Below are positions 9,469-20,415 of a stretch of 64,000 bases of DNA, in pieces. Numbering within the stretch: the stretch's first letter is position 1; each line of letters begins with the position of its first letter. The notes beneath the pieces were generated by a model that did no database searches, was not told the DNA's origin, and saw only the letters and a list, made by a program, of their open reading frames with translations. A program made the translations under genes and the position numbers. Origin of the DNA: an uncultured delta proteobacterium (GTDB taxonomy: Bacteria > Desulfobacterota > Binatia > Binatales > Binataceae); contig CAWDFL010000003.1 in the NCBI GenBank assembly GCA_963801665.1, positions 207,697 to 271,696 of the forward strand, given 5' to 3'.

Positions 9469-11886
9469 TTACGCGCGTTCGATACGATGACGCCCCGCGC
9501 CAAGACGTGCGCTGCGCAGTGGAGCATCGTCGAAGCGGACGATCGCATCGACGCCATCGGGAAGCGTCACTTCGCCGCCACGATCGCGATCAAGCGCGAC
9601 CTCGATCGTTCCCTTGGGGGTAGGGACGGCGCCCTCGAGATGGCGCAGCGTGCCGAACAGCGGCGCGATTTCCGCCTCAACGTATCCGGGCTTTAACGGA
9701 CGCACGCCGAGCACGTGCGTGATCAAGTCGTAAGTGGGAGTCGCCGACCATGCGTGGCAGCGGCTGCCGGTTCCCGAACGCGCGTTCCAGTACTCCTCGA
9801 ACGCGGTGTTGCCGCGCTCGATCTGCGGCCACCACTTGAGGCATCGCTCGGCGAGCAGATCGCGCCGGCCTGCGCGCACGATCGCGTCGTGCACAATATG
9901 CGAGAAGAACGGCTGCGCGGCGACGACGTTTCTGTCCGGGCTGAATTCGCAGTACTCGGCAGGATCCATCCGCTGCGCGATATATGCGGCGTGATTGTCG
10001 GAGATGGTCGGAGTCACGACCAGGCGCGACTCGTCGAGGATGTAGTTGAGAATTCGCGGCCATCGCTTGCGCGGAGCGCATCCGCTCGCAATTGCGATCG
10101 CGTTGGTCTGCTGGCTCACGCGCTCGTGCCGGCCGTTGGTGTCGGCGGCATCGACGTACACGCCCCTGCGATCATCCCATAGCAGCTCGAAGGCGTTGCG
10201 GGTGCGAAGCGCGCGGGCGCGGGCGTTGGCCGTCGCGCGCGTATCGTCAAGGGCGGTCTCGGCGAGCATTGCGAAGTCTTCCAGTGCGGCGGCGTAGAGC
10301 GCGTCAATCGCGCCGGTGACCTCCGCCCGCTCGGTCATCGCCCAGTCGATGAACATCCATCCGGGCATCCCGCGTATCAGCCCGTCGTCCGCGCGATAGC
10401 GCTCGAACGCGGCGAGGGCTCCCAGAGCTGTCGGCGCAAGTTCGCGAATCAGATCGGAATCTCCCGAATATTCGAAATAGCGGGCCAGCGCGCGCACCCA
10501 ATGCAGCGAGTAATCGGGAATTGTGGTCGAGGCGGTTGCGAAATCGCCGGCCGCAACCATCGCGAGCAATCCGTCGGCGCGCGCCGAATGCGCGCAGATT
10601 CGCAGATGGCGCCGCACCAGCCGCCAGTCGGAATTCGTCACGAAGCTCAGCAGCGCATGAATGTAGGAATCACCGAGCCATGCACGTTGCTCGCGGCCGG
10701 GGCAGTCAACAAATGCATCGGAGGAGCACAGGTCGAGTGTACGTGCGCCGACTCTCCAGATTTTGTTCAGGCGCAGATCGTCGCATTCGAAGCGCGCGTC
10801 GCCGCTGCGCGGATAGCGCCGCTCGATCGCGCCCGCGGATTCAACCGTCGCACCGCCACGCGCGATCACGGTCAGGTAGCGGAAACCAACCGTCTCGAAT
10901 CCTTCGACGCGTTCCGAGTCGCGGCCGCCCAGGACATAGCGGCTCGCATAGAATCGCGGTGCGATTTCGGCGGTGCTGTCGGCCCGCAAATCCTCGCCCA
11001 CGTAAACATCGGCAATCGAGCCCGTCGGTCCGCGCACCACGAGCCATGGCGTCGCGAGCGTGATCGCGCCAGCGTCATAGGTGATCGCATCGGCGCCGGC
11101 GCCGGGTTGAGCGTCGGCGGCCGGATAGGCGGCCAGCGGATCGTCGCCCGCGTGAGCGGACAGAGTGCGGCGCGCGATTTCGGTGAACCCAACTGGAATC
11201 GCGGTGAGCGGCGCGATATCGGCGGATTCGGGCGCGGAGTAGGGCTCTATGGGAATCCGCAGGCGGTTGGGCGCGAAGGTCGCCGCCATCAACTCGGCCG
11301 CGTTATCCCACGACGAATCGTCAAAGTCCGCGCCGGTCCATCCCTGCGGAACCATCCGGCCGTCAAGAATTTCGAGTGGAGGCTGCGATAGCGCGGGCGG
11401 CGCAGGAACGTCCTGCCGATAAGGCGCGTCCGCGGCTTTCCATGTTCGATCGGAAATCAAATCGATCGAGGGCGCTTCGAAGGCGAACGAACCGAACCCG
11501 AGCGTGAAACTCGCGGGCGCGGGAATCCACCACGGGGTCGGCGCACCGTAAAATCTCACGAGCGCCGCGATCGTGTTGCGTCCGCGAACCAGCATCGGAG
11601 CTAGATCGATCTCCGTCCATGCCAGGCGCGCCGGAGCAGAGCGCGCGGGGCCGCGCGCCGCCTCGATTCCGTTGACGTACAGAATGAAACGCGAATCGGC
11701 GGTTACACGAGCTGGAACGGAAACCGGAACGCTTGCGAGCTCGATCGATTTGCGCAGGTAGCAGAAGCGATTCCACGTCTCGCGCGGGGGAATCGGATTC
11801 GAGGCGACTGCCGCGACGCGCCGCCGCTTTGACGGCGCCCAAATCCATCGCGCGTTCCACAAGATCGGCCATCGGCGATTCGCCAT
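9469..11886 (-). CDS. Alpha-L-rhamnosidase-like glycoside hydrolase (GH78)
   Basis: TADSRFILYVNG, DCPGREQRAWLGD, SRCHAWS, VPTPKGTI. Confidence 0.8.
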   Translation of the reverse strand: MANRRWPILWNARWIWAPSKRRRVAAVASNPIPPRETWNRFCYLRKSIELASVPVSVPARVTADSRFILYVNGIEAARGPARSAPARLAWTEIDLAPMLVRGRNTIAALVRFYGAPTPWWIPAPASFTLGFGSFAFEAPSIDLISDRTWKAADAPYRQDVPAPPALSQPPLEILDGRMVPQGWTGADFDDSSWDNAAELMAATFAPNRLRIPIEPYSAPESADIAPLTAIPVGFTEIARRTLSAHAGDDPLAAYPAADAQPGAGADAITYDAGAITLATPWLVVRGPTGSIADVYVGEDLRADSTAEIAPRFYASRYVLGGRDSERVEGFETVGFRYLTVIARGGATVESAGAIERRYPRSGDARFECDDLRLNKIWRVGARTLDLCSSDAFVDCPGREQRAWLGDSYIHALLSFVTNSDWRLVRRHLRICAHSARADGLLAMVAAGDFATASTTIPDYSLHWVRALARYFEYSGDSDLIRELAPTALGALAAFERYRADDGLIRGMPGWMFIDWAMTERAEVTGAIDALYAAALEDFAMLAETALDDTRATANARARALRTRNAFELLWDDRRGVYVDAADTNGRHERVSQQTNAIAIASGCAPRKRWPRILNYILDESRLVVTPTISDNHAAYIAQRMDPAEYCEFSPDRNVVAAQPFFSHIVHDAIVRAGRRDLLAERCLKWWPQIERGNTAFEEYWNARSGTGSRCHAWSATPTYDLITHVLGVRPLKPGYVEAEIAPLFGTLRHLEGAVPTPKGTIEVALDRDRGGEVTLPDGVDAIVRFDDAPLRSARLGAGRHRIERA

Positions 11887-11896
11887 CACCGGTTCC

Positions 11897-13051
11897 TCAA
11901 TACGGACGCGCCGCCTTGCCAATAATCTCGCGCGCCACCAGGAGTTTCATGATCTGCGCGGTGCCGTCGCCGATCTCGAGGCCGATCACGTCGCGCATGC
12001 GCTGCTGATGCGGCAGCTCGAGGCTGAAACCCATGTGCCCGTGCAGGAGCAGGCACTGATGCAGCACGCGCGCGCAGAGTTCCGGCGCAAGCCATTTGGC
12101 TCCGGCCGCGATCCATCCGTGCGGCTGCCCGCGGTCGCGAAGCCATAACGCCTCGTAACAGAGCAATCGAGCGGCGCGCAGCTCGACCGCGGCTTCGGCG
12201 AGCGGAAACGACACGCCTTCGAACCGCGCGAGGCTTCCGCCGAACGCGTCGCGTCCGGCAACGTACGCGCAAGTCTCCTCGACGCTTTGCTCAGCCGCGC
12301 CGATGCACATGAGGCCGATCATCGAGCGGCTGAAATCGAAGCCTTGCATCACCTGAACGAAGCCCGCGCCCTCCGCGCCAACGCGTGCTGCCGCCGGCAC
12401 GCGAACGGCGTCGAAGAAGATCGAGCCGCGGCCGATCGCGCGCGAGCCGAGATCGCGAAAGCGCGTGCGCGAGACTCCGGAGGAATTGAGATCGACGTAG
12501 AACGCGGTGACGCCGTGCGCGCCCTGCTCGAGCGTGCCGGTGCGCGCCATCACCAGAGCGGTTGCGGCCGACGAGGAAAATGAAATCGAAGTCTTCTCTC
12601 CGTCGAGGATGTAATGGTCGCCGTCGCGGCGCGCGGAAAGCTTAACGTGCGCCGCGTCGGAACCGCCCGAGGGTTCGGTCACGCCGAGCGCCGCGATCAC
12701 GTCGCCGCGGCAGATCGGCGGCAGATACTCGGATTGTTGGCGCTCGTCTCCGCTGCGCGCGATGATCGCGCCGACAAGTGCCGCGATCAGCAGAACGTAG
12801 GCCGCGTTGAAATCGCCGCGCGCGATTTCCTCGTGCGCGATCCCGAGCGAGACAAAGTCCAGCGCTGAGCCGCCGTGAGCCGCCGACACCATCGGCGCCA
12901 GCAGGCCCATCGCCCCGAGCTTGCTGACGAGAGCCGGCGGCAGGTCCGCGTCGCGGTCACGTGATTGATATTCGGGCAGCAACTCGCGCGTCGAGAATTC
13001 GCGTAACGTTGTCTGCAAAAGCTGCTGCTCGGGAGATAGTCCAAAGTCCAT
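11897..13051 (-). CDS. Acyl-CoA dehydrogenase (cyclohexanecarboxyl-CoA dehydrogenase-like)
   Basis: TEPSGGSD, GEKTSIS, HGHMG, EIGDGTAQIMK. Confidence 0.85.
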   Translation of the reverse strand: MDFGLSPEQQLLQTTLREFSTRELLPEYQSRDRDADLPPALVSKLGAMGLLAPMVSAAHGGSALDFVSLGIAHEEIARGDFNAAYVLLIAALVGAIIARSGDERQQSEYLPPICRGDVIAALGVTEPSGGSDAAHVKLSARRDGDHYILDGEKTSISFSSSAATALVMARTGTLEQGAHGVTAFYVDLNSSGVSRTRFRDLGSRAIGRGSIFFDAVRVPAAARVGAEGAGFVQVMQGFDFSRSMIGLMCIGAAEQSVEETCAYVAGRDAFGGSLARFEGVSFPLAEAAVELRAARLLCYEALWLRDRGQPHGWIAAGAKWLAPELCARVLHQCLLLHGHMGFSLELPHQQRMRDVIGLEIGDGTAQIMKLLVAREIIGKAARPY

Positions 13052-13062
13052 GGGCATCGCTC

Positions 13063-13491
13063 TCAGTTGGGCACGACGGACGGTGGCGCGGGCGGCGGTG
13101 AATTTTGCGGAGCCGCGATCGACGGCAGGTTCTGCAAGCCGGCTCCTCCGGCGGGCACAATTTGCGTCACGCCGCTGTCGCCCTCCTGCTCGGAACCGGC
13201 TTCGTCCTGATAATGCTGCATCACCTGCTTTTTGATTTCGTCCGGCGAGACTTGCGGCGAGACGCCTTCGCTGCGCGCCCATTTTGCTCGATCGTCGGGC
13301 GACATGTTGAGCCAGATCTGGCTGGCCTCGGCCGAATGGCCGTGATTGAGAGCGTCGAGGTACTGCTGTTGCGGAGTCGGTCCGCTATGGCCGAAGGGCC
13401 AGCATCCGGAAAGCGCGAAGGCGCACGCGAGCGCGGCGATCAGATTGAAGACCGCAGTGCCTACGTTCGACCGATTTCGAGACACATACAT
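13063..13491 (-). CDS. Hypothetical lipoprotein
   Basis: Signal peptide with lipobox ALSGC; fits between two co-oriented genes. Confidence 0.65.
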   Translation of the reverse strand: MYVSRNRSNVGTAVFNLIAALACAFALSGCWPFGHSGPTPQQQYLDALNHGHSAEASQIWLNMSPDDRAKWARSEGVSPQVSPDEIKKQVMQHYQDEAGSEQEGDSGVTQIVPAGGAGLQNLPSIAAPQNSPPPAPPSVVPN

Positions 13492-13498
13492 TGTCGGT

Positions 13499-14617
13499 TC
13501 AGAACGTCACGACGCTGCGAATCGACTTGCCTGCGTGCATCAGATCGAACGCGTCGTTGATTCGTTCGAGCGGCATCGTATGCGTAATCAGGTCATCGAT
13601 ATTGATGCGGCCTTCCATGTACCAATCGACGATCCTCGGAACATCGCGGCGGCCGCGCGCGCCGCCGAACGCGGTGCCTTTCCAGGTGCGGCCGGTGACG
13701 AGCTGGAACGGACGGGTTGAGATTTCCTCGCCCGCGCCGGCGACGCCGATAATCACGCACGTGCCCCATCCGCGATGACAGCATTCGAGCGCCTGGCGCA
13801 TCAGCTTTACGTTGCCGACGCACTCGAAGGCGTAGTCCGCGCCGCCGCGGGTCAGGTCGATCAGATGTGGAACCAACTCGCCCTTCACCTCGGCCGGGTT
13901 GACGAAGTCAGTCGCGCCGAACTTGCGCGCGATCGCCTCGCGCGCGGGGTTCAGATCGATCGCGGCGATCATCCGCGCGCCGGCAAGCCGCGCGCCCTGG
14001 ATTACGTTGAGTCCGATACCGCCGATTCCGAACACCACGACCCGATCGCCCGGTGCGACTTTCGCGGTGTTGATCACCGCGCCGATCCCCGTGGTCACGC
14101 CGCATCCGATGTAACAGATCTTGTCGAAAGACGCGTCGGAGCGAACTTTCGCCAGCGCGATTTCGGGCACGACGGTGTAGTTCGCGAAAGTCGAAGTGCC
14201 CATGTAGTGATGAATCATCCGGCCGCCGCGCGAGAAGCGGCTGGTGCCATCGGGCATGAGGCCTTTGCCCTGGGTCTCGCGAATCGCGATGCACAGGTTG
14301 GTCTTGCCGGACAGGCACGCCTCGCAGTTGCGGCATTCGGGGATATAGAGCGGGATCACGTGATCGCCGGGCGCCAGCGTGGAGACGCCCGCGCCGATCT
14401 CGACGACGACGCCCGCGCCCTCATGGCCCAGGATCGCGGGAAACAATCCTTCCGGGTCCTTGCCCGAGAGCGTGAATGCGTCGGTGTGGCAGATTCCGGT
14501 CGCTTTGATCTCGACCAGGACCTCGCCTGCCTTGGGACCTTCGAGATCGACTTCGGTGATTTCGAGCGGCGCGTCCGCCCGCGATGCGACTGCTGCTTTA
14601 ACTTTCACGATTCTCAC
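13499..14617 (-). CDS. frmA: S-(hydroxymethyl)glutathione dehydrogenase / class III alcohol dehydrogenase
   Basis: [48 protein letters not shown]. Confidence 0.92.
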   Translation of the reverse strand: MRIVKVKAAVASRADAPLEITEVDLEGPKAGEVLVEIKATGICHTDAFTLSGKDPEGLFPAILGHEGAGVVVEIGAGVSTLAPGDHVIPLYIPECRNCEACLSGKTNLCIAIRETQGKGLMPDGTSRFSRGGRMIHHYMGTSTFANYTVVPEIALAKVRSDASFDKICYIGCGVTTGIGAVINTAKVAPGDRVVVFGIGGIGLNVIQGARLAGARMIAAIDLNPAREAIARKFGATDFVNPAEVKGELVPHLIDLTRGGADYAFECVGNVKLMRQALECCHRGWGTCVIIGVAGAGEEISTRPFQLVTGRTWKGTAFGGARGRRDVPRIVDWYMEGRINIDDLITHTMPLERINDAFDLMHAGKSIRSVVTF

Positions 14618-14652
14618 TTCTATGTATGGGCATATGTAACGTCTATAGAGGT

Positions 14653-15810
14653 TCAGTTCGTGCCGAAATCACCCAGATCCAGATTCATAAACGTTTGCCG
14701 AGTCATCTCGTGAGTGGCGCCCAAAGTCATACTGACAGGATTTTCGCCCTTCATCTCCATGTGGTAATCGCGGCGGGTGAACTTGTTCAGCAAGAACGGC
14801 AAGCCCTCTCCGCCAAGGGCCATAGGCGAATCGGAAATCTGGAAATGAAGATGCGGCTCGCTTGAATTGCCGGAGTTCCCGAGAAGTCCGAGCACCTGTC
14901 CATCTTTGACCCGGTCGCCCGGCTTCACGCGGACAGAGCCCGGAATCATGTGCGCATAGAGCGCGTAGTGCCCGCCGCCCAGATCCTCGATCACCGAGTT
15001 TCCGGCGATGTTCGCAAGCGTGATCGTCACCGCCATCGTGGGTGAGTTCGGCACGTTCTCTGGAATACCGTCGAGTACGGAGACGACTCGGCCGTCGCCG
15101 ACGGCGTGAATCTCTGATCGGTAGGCGTAGTAATTGCGATTATCTTTCGGATCGCCGTGAAACGAATTGCCGTCGGACCCCAGCTTCACCCAATCGACCG
15201 CGTAGCGCTCTGGAATCACGACCGCCGGGCCGAGCGCGATGATCGTGCGGCGATGGATCGAGTCGTTCGCGGGGCCATTAGGCGTCCACCAGTTATCCCC
15301 GCGCAGCGGCGACGAGATAACGATCGGCGATGCGTGGCCGACGTCAACCACGGCGGGTGCGATTTCCTGCCGCGTCTCGGGCTTGCCGTCAACCTCGACC
15401 TCGAGCGTGTTGAAGACTTTGCTCCCTGGATCGCGATTGAGGAACACAAACAGCACTCCGCTAGCCGCCGGCTTCAGAACCGGATCCTGCGGGGTCAGCG
15501 CGTTCCCGGCGATCGAGCTGAACATGTGGCGCAGCGCGTCGCCGGAAAAACCTTGCGAAGCGTCGGCAGTATCCGCTTTCTCACTCGGCGAGAGCTTGAG
15601 CGCGTCGATCCGCACTGGCTGGCTATTGAAATTCGAGATGTACAGTTCGTATGCGACGTGCGGCTTGCCGTCGCCCTCGAACATTACCGTGGGCACAGGC
15701 CGGGCGATCACGGCGATTTTGAGCGGCAACCCTGTCGCGCCATACGCCACGGCGGCGCTTATCGCGACGATCGTAGCCGCCGCAAGAAATCGGTTGACGA
15801 AATTGATCAT
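14653..15810 (-). CDS. Secreted M23-family metallopeptidase-like protein
   Basis: Signal peptide; [21 protein letters not shown]. Confidence 0.8.
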   Translation of the reverse strand: MINFVNRFLAAATIVAISAAVAYGATGLPLKIAVIARPVPTVMFEGDGKPHVAYELYISNFNSQPVRIDALKLSPSEKADTADASQGFSGDALRHMFSSIAGNALTPQDPVLKPAASGVLFVFLNRDPGSKVFNTLEVEVDGKPETRQEIAPAVVDVGHASPIVISSPLRGDNWWTPNGPANDSIHRRTIIALGPAVVIPERYAVDWVKLGSDGNSFHGDPKDNRNYYAYRSEIHAVGDGRVVSVLDGIPENVPNSPTMAVTITLANIAGNSVIEDLGGGHYALYAHMIPGSVRVKPGDRVKDGQVLGLLGNSGNSSEPHLHFQISDSPMALGGEGLPFLLNKFTRRDYHMEMKGENPVSMTLGATHEMTRQTFMNLDLGDFGTN

Positions 15811-16608
15811 CTATTGATGCGCCTTTACAAATTCGATCACCGGCGCGTTAAACTCCGCTGGATATTCGGTGAAGAACAGATGGCCGCCGGGAAGCTCGAC
15901 CAGTTTCGCGCCCGGGATTCGCGCCGCGATCAGTTTCGAGTTTTCAGGCGGCACCAGAATATCGTCGCGCCCCGTCATCACCATTGTGAGCACGCGAATC
16001 TCTCCGAGCCGTTTGCTCACGTCATATTTCATGACGGCCTCGATCTGGCGCTGATAGGCGAACGGCGGAATCAGGTACTGCATGCGGATGCGTTCGTGCT
16101 TGTCGATAATCTCGCGGCGATTCTCGATCGCGTTGTCGGTGAACGCCGAACGCTGCTGGACGCGCCGTTGCTCGGCGTTGGCCTTTTCGCCAGCGAGCAG
16201 CGCCTCCATCACCTCCGGAGCCGCGCGCACTGCTTCGGCGCCGCCGAAAGTGGTGCATCCCAAGATGAGGCAGGAGAGCTTGTCCTGATGCGCGAGCGCG
16301 AACTCCTGCGCGATCATCCCGCCCATCGAAATTCCAAGCAGTGCGGCGCGCCGGATGCCGAGCGCGTCCATCAGGCCGGCGGTGTCGTCGGCCATCTGGC
16401 GCAGAGAGTAGGGCGCGTCGGGCTTGTCGGTTCTTCCCGCGCCGCGATTGTCGAAGACCAAGACGCGAAAGTGGCGCGCGAATTCGGGAACCTGCTCGTA
16501 CCACGCGGTCAGGTTCGAGCCGAGTCCGCGGATCATCGCCAGGGTCTGCGGACCGTCGCCGTGAATCTCATAGTAGATTTCGATATCGCCGATTCGTTGT
16601 CTGGGCAT
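15811..16608 (-). CDS. Alpha/beta-fold hydrolase
   Basis: FDNRGAG, GISMGG nucleophile elbow, GGH. Confidence 0.85.
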   Translation of the reverse strand: MPRQRIGDIEIYYEIHGDGPQTLAMIRGLGSNLTAWYEQVPEFARHFRVLVFDNRGAGRTDKPDAPYSLRQMADDTAGLMDALGIRRAALLGISMGGMIAQEFALAHQDKLSCLILGCTTFGGAEAVRAAPEVMEALLAGEKANAEQRRVQQRSAFTDNAIENRREIIDKHERIRMQYLIPPFAYQRQIEAVMKYDVSKRLGEIRVLTMVMTGRDDILVPPENSKLIAARIPGAKLVELPGGHLFFTEYPAEFNAPVIEFVKAHQ

Positions 16609-17144
16609 GGCCGCGAATCTAGCGCCACGCGTGCGCGATGCCAATCGCGCTGCAGCTTGCGGGTACAAAAACAAAACACCAAGACACCAAGCGGCTACTA
16701 AGACATCAAGGCGCTAAGGAAGACTTTCCCGCAGGAAAGTCCTCTGCTGTGTGGGGTCTCGTCTTTGAGGCCGTCTGAATTACTAAAACGATGTTATAGC
16801 GGTGGGTTCGTTCAGTCGATTTTTTGATCGCGTCAATCAAAAATATCGAGATCATACAAGGGTTTCTTTCCAAACAAAGTGGGTTCGTTTAGATATCTTC
16901 GCTAAATTTTCGCTCTCTAGGGGTTGGCGGTCGCCAGAGCCGAGATTTTCGCGAAGCAGGGACTCTCGGCTGATTGCGGCCGTGAACGCCGAGAATGTGC
17001 GAGCCGATTTCCCGTACTGGTTCATCGCGTCGATTGTAGCAAAGAGAGGTGAGTCCGATAAGACTGGACTGCTCAGCCTTATAAAAATGTTCACAAGTAG
17101 TTTACGGCGCGATCGAGCATGCGCACGGCGGAGACGGCTGAAAG

Positions 17145-18722
17145 CTACGCCGGAGCGTCCACCGTCAGCGCGGGAGTGCGCGCGGGCGGCAGATTGTCGT
17201 AGAGGTCGGCAAGAAGATCGGACTTGATCTTTTGGTAGCCGGCGTCATCCCAGAGATTTTGCCATTGCAGTGGATCGTCGTTCAGGTTGTACAGCTCGCC
17301 CTCGGTTCCTTCGTAGCGGATATCAGGCACCGGGTTCGGCCTGCGCAATGCCTGGTACAGCAGCGCGAGGTTGAAGCCCGCGTCGCGCGTGGATTTCTCG
17401 TACGCGGTCAAAAGCCATCCGTCGCGATAGATCGATCGCAGATGCATCCCGATTTGCGCGAACTGGCTGTCCCATTCGGTGATGACGCGTTGCCGCGCCG
17501 ATCCGGATTGGACCGGCAGCGGCGCACCTTGCATCCAGTCGGCGCGTGGCACGCCGGCGATTTCGCAGAAGGTCGGCGCGAGATCGAGATGGCCCACGGG
17601 CTCCGTAATTTCCGCCGGTGCGACTCCCGCCGAGGGCGCCGGACGCCATATGAGCGGCACGCGCATCAGCGCGTCGACGTGGTACGGCCCTTTGAACATC
17701 AGGCCGAAGTCGCCTTGCAGCTCTCCGTGATCGGTGGTGAAGAAGATGTCGGTGTCGCGGGCCCATCCGCGCTCGGTGATTCGGTTGATCACGCGCGCGC
17801 AAGCTTCGTCGATCAATTCGTTCTTGACGTGGATGAGCGCGTTGATCTCGCGCACCTGGTCGTGAGTCATCTGGCACGGCACGAAGGTCATCGCGCCGCC
17901 TTCGTCGTTTCCAAAGCGTCCCTGGTACCAGTCGAGCCAGTGGCGCGGTTTTCCGGCGAGGATTTTTTCGATCTTTTCACGCGAGCCGGGATGCCCCGGC
18001 GGCAGATCGAGATCGCGCCAATTGATTCGCCGCGCTTCGCTGGCCGGCGGATCCCACGGATGGTGCGGATCTGGGAAGCTCATCCAGATGAACCAGTTCT
18101 CATCCTGCGCGAGCTGGTCGATATAAGCGATGGTGCGGTCCGCGACCCAGTCGGTGTGGTAATGTCCGCGCGGTATCGGATTGTACGCTACTTCCGGAGC
18201 GCCGGTGTCGCCGCCGCCCTTGTTACTCAGCATCGTGACGAATCCCGAGACTTCGCCGGGAAAGTTGTCGCGCAGCCACTTGGTGTAATGCCATCGCCCC
18301 ATCGGCCCGTGCATCGCGAGCTCCATGTGCTCGAAGCCGCGATACGGTCCGAAGCTTCCCTGGTCGGCCATATTGTTCTCGAACCAACGTCCGCTCGGAT
18401 CGAACAGCGGCTCGAAGTGCGCCTTGCCGATAAGCGTGGTCCGGTACCCTCCCTTGTCATGCAGCCATCGCGCGACGCTCGGAGCGTCGGCAGGCAGCGG
18501 CACGCCGTTGGAGAACACGCCATGGGTGCGCACGTATTGCCCGGTGATCATCGTCGAGCGCGCGGGCATGCAGACCGTGTTCTGATTGTGCGCGCGCCGG
18601 TAGTTGATTCCCTGCGCGGCGAGCCCGTCTGCGCAAGGAGTGCGCGCGATCTTTCCGCCGTTGCATCCGAGCGAATCGTAGCGCTGCTGATCGGTGGTGA
18701 TAAACAGGATCTTTCGGCCCAT
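17145..18722 (-). CDS. Sulfatase (formylglycine type)
   Basis: TTDQQR, CMPARST (CxPxR), GKAH, DHG. Confidence 0.88.
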   Translation of the reverse strand: MGRKILFITTDQQRYDSLGCNGGKIARTPCADGLAAQGINYRRAHNQNTVCMPARSTMITGQYVRTHGVFSNGVPLPADAPSVARWLHDKGGYRTTLIGKAHFEPLFDPSGRWFENNMADQGSFGPYRGFEHMELAMHGPMGRWHYTKWLRDNFPGEVSGFVTMLSNKGGGDTGAPEVAYNPIPRGHYHTDWVADRTIAYIDQLAQDENWFIWMSFPDPHHPWDPPASEARRINWRDLDLPPGHPGSREKIEKILAGKPRHWLDWYQGRFGNDEGGAMTFVPCQMTHDQVREINALIHVKNELIDEACARVINRITERGWARDTDIFFTTDHGELQGDFGLMFKGPYHVDALMRVPLIWRPAPSAGVAPAEITEPVGHLDLAPTFCEIAGVPRADWMQGAPLPVQSGSARQRVITEWDSQFAQIGMHLRSIYRDGWLLTAYEKSTRDAGFNLALLYQALRRPNPVPDIRYEGTEGELYNLNDDPLQWQNLWDDAGYQKIKSDLLADLYDNLPPARTPALTVDAPA

Positions 18723-18740
18723 GGCGGTTGCTCCAGACGG

Positions 18741-19139
18741 TCAGCGCGGGATGTCGGTCAGCGTGCGGCATGCGATTAGCGCGGTGCGCTCGAGCCCCGC
18801 CTCGCGATGCGCATGAATCCGCTGGTACTCCGCGCTGGTCACCATCTCGATAAATGCGCGCGGGCTCGGGTACTGGACAATCGCGACGGCGTCCCACTCG
18901 TCGGATGGCTCGCCAACCAGCAGATGCGCCGGCCTGCCCATCCATAGCACGCGGCCCCCTCGCGCTTCGACCAGCTTCGTCGCCGCGTCGCCGTAGCGGC
19001 GGTAGGCCTCAGCGCCGGTGCCGCTCGCGCCGTCGGCTACAGCCTTGAACTTCAGCAGGTTAAGCATCACGACCGGGCCCTGGTCGGGGTCGGCCATCAA
19101 CGCCTGAAACGCTTCAGCATTGGGAACAATAGAACTCAT
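18741..19139 (-). CDS. DUF1330-domain protein
   Basis: PVVMLNLLKF, WDAVAIVQYPS, HREAGL. Confidence 0.75.
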   Translation of the reverse strand: MSSIVPNAEAFQALMADPDQGPVVMLNLLKFKAVADGASGTGAEAYRRYGDAATKLVEARGGRVLWMGRPAHLLVGEPSDEWDAVAIVQYPSPRAFIEMVTSAEYQRIHAHREAGLERTALIACRTLTDIPR

Positions 19140-19312
19140 ATCGCGGGTTGCTCCTTGGAACTGTCAGTACGGCAGGCAACGATTATTACATTCGCGATGC
19201 AAATACAATGCGATCACCGGCGTCATCCCTCGGCCCTTCCGTGCGCTGGACGAATGCCGGGGGAACCTTGGTACAGTGAGAGCGCAATCGAGTTCACAAG
19301 GAGAGATTCCAA

Positions 19313-20398
19313 ATGCGTGCGGCAGTGATGCGTGACAAGAAGCTGGTGGTCGCCGATATTCCGGTTCCGGAGCCGGGCCCCGGCGAAGTAATCGTCAAAA
19401 CCCTCGCGTGCGGAATTTGCGGATCGGATCTCCACGCGCTGAAACATGCGGAGAAGATGGTCGAGAGCTCCAAACGCGCGGGCGCCGCGTTCGTGATGGA
19501 TTTGAAACGCGACATCGTGATGGGCCACGAGTTTTGCGCCGAGGTCGCGGACTTTGGACCCGGCACGCAAAAGCGCCTCAAGGCCGGAACCCGGGTCTGC
19601 TCCTTCCCGGTCCTGATTCGCTCCACCGGAGTCGAGACCGTCGGCTACTCGAACGAGAATCCGGGCGGCTACGGCGAGTTCATGCGCCTGACCGAGGCTC
19701 TGCTGCTCGAGGTTCCCAACGGCCTCTCGACCGAGCGCGCCGCGCTGACCGAGCCGATGGCGGTTGGATTTCACGCGGTGCAGAAAGCGCGCCTGACGCC
19801 GGACGACGCGCCACTGGTCATAGGATGCGGTCCCGTCGGACTGGCGGTGATCGCGGCCCTGAAGCTCAAGGGGCAGCATCCGATTGTCGCGGCTGATTTC
19901 TCGCCGCGCCGCCGCGAGCTCGCGCTCAAGATGGGCGCGGATGTCGTCGTCGATCCGAAAGAGAAATCCGCGTACGAAAGCTGGAAGCAGGCCGCGGCCT
20001 ATAGCGATCCGTCGAAGGCCCCGCCAGTGCAACCGTGGATGCCGGGGCCGGCGCTGCGTCCGTCGGTGATCTTCGAATGCGTTGGCGTGCCGGGCGTAAT
20101 TGAATCGATCATGTCGGGCGCGCAATCCGGCGCGCGGATCGTGGTCGTCGGCGTATGCATGGAACGTGATTCGTTCGAGCCGATGCTCGGCATCAGCAAA
20201 GAACTCAACGTGCAGTTCGTGCTCGGATATACGCCGGAGGAATTCGGCCAGACCTTGTTCAATATCGCAGAGGGAAAGACCACGGCCGACCCCCTGATCA
20301 CCGGCAAGGTCGGAGTCGAAGGCGTCGCGCAGGCGTTCGAGGATCTCGGCTCGCCCGAGCATCACGCGAAGATCCTGGTCGAGCCGTGGCGTAGCTGA
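19313..20398 (+). CDS. Zinc-binding (MDR) dehydrogenase
   Basis: CGICGSDLH, GHEF, GCGPVG. Confidence 0.88.
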   Translation: MRAAVMRDKKLVVADIPVPEPGPGEVIVKTLACGICGSDLHALKHAEKMVESSKRAGAAFVMDLKRDIVMGHEFCAEVADFGPGTQKRLKAGTRVCSFPVLIRSTGVETVGYSNENPGGYGEFMRLTEALLLEVPNGLSTERAALTEPMAVGFHAVQKARLTPDDAPLVIGCGPVGLAVIAALKLKGQHPIVAADFSPRRRELALKMGADVVVDPKEKSAYESWKQAAAYSDPSKAPPVQPWMPGPALRPSVIFECVGVPGVIESIMSGAQSGARIVVVGVCMERDSFEPMLGISKELNVQFVLGYTPEEFGQTLFNIAEGKTTADPLITGKVGVEGVAQAFEDLGSPEHHAKILVEPWRS

Positions 20399-20415
20399 GC
20401 AAGGGAGATCCCGCG

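Noticed and set aside
16676-16890. Short repeats as a CRISPR array
   Set aside because: Units are 8-11 nt and degenerate, with no regular spacers and no cas genes
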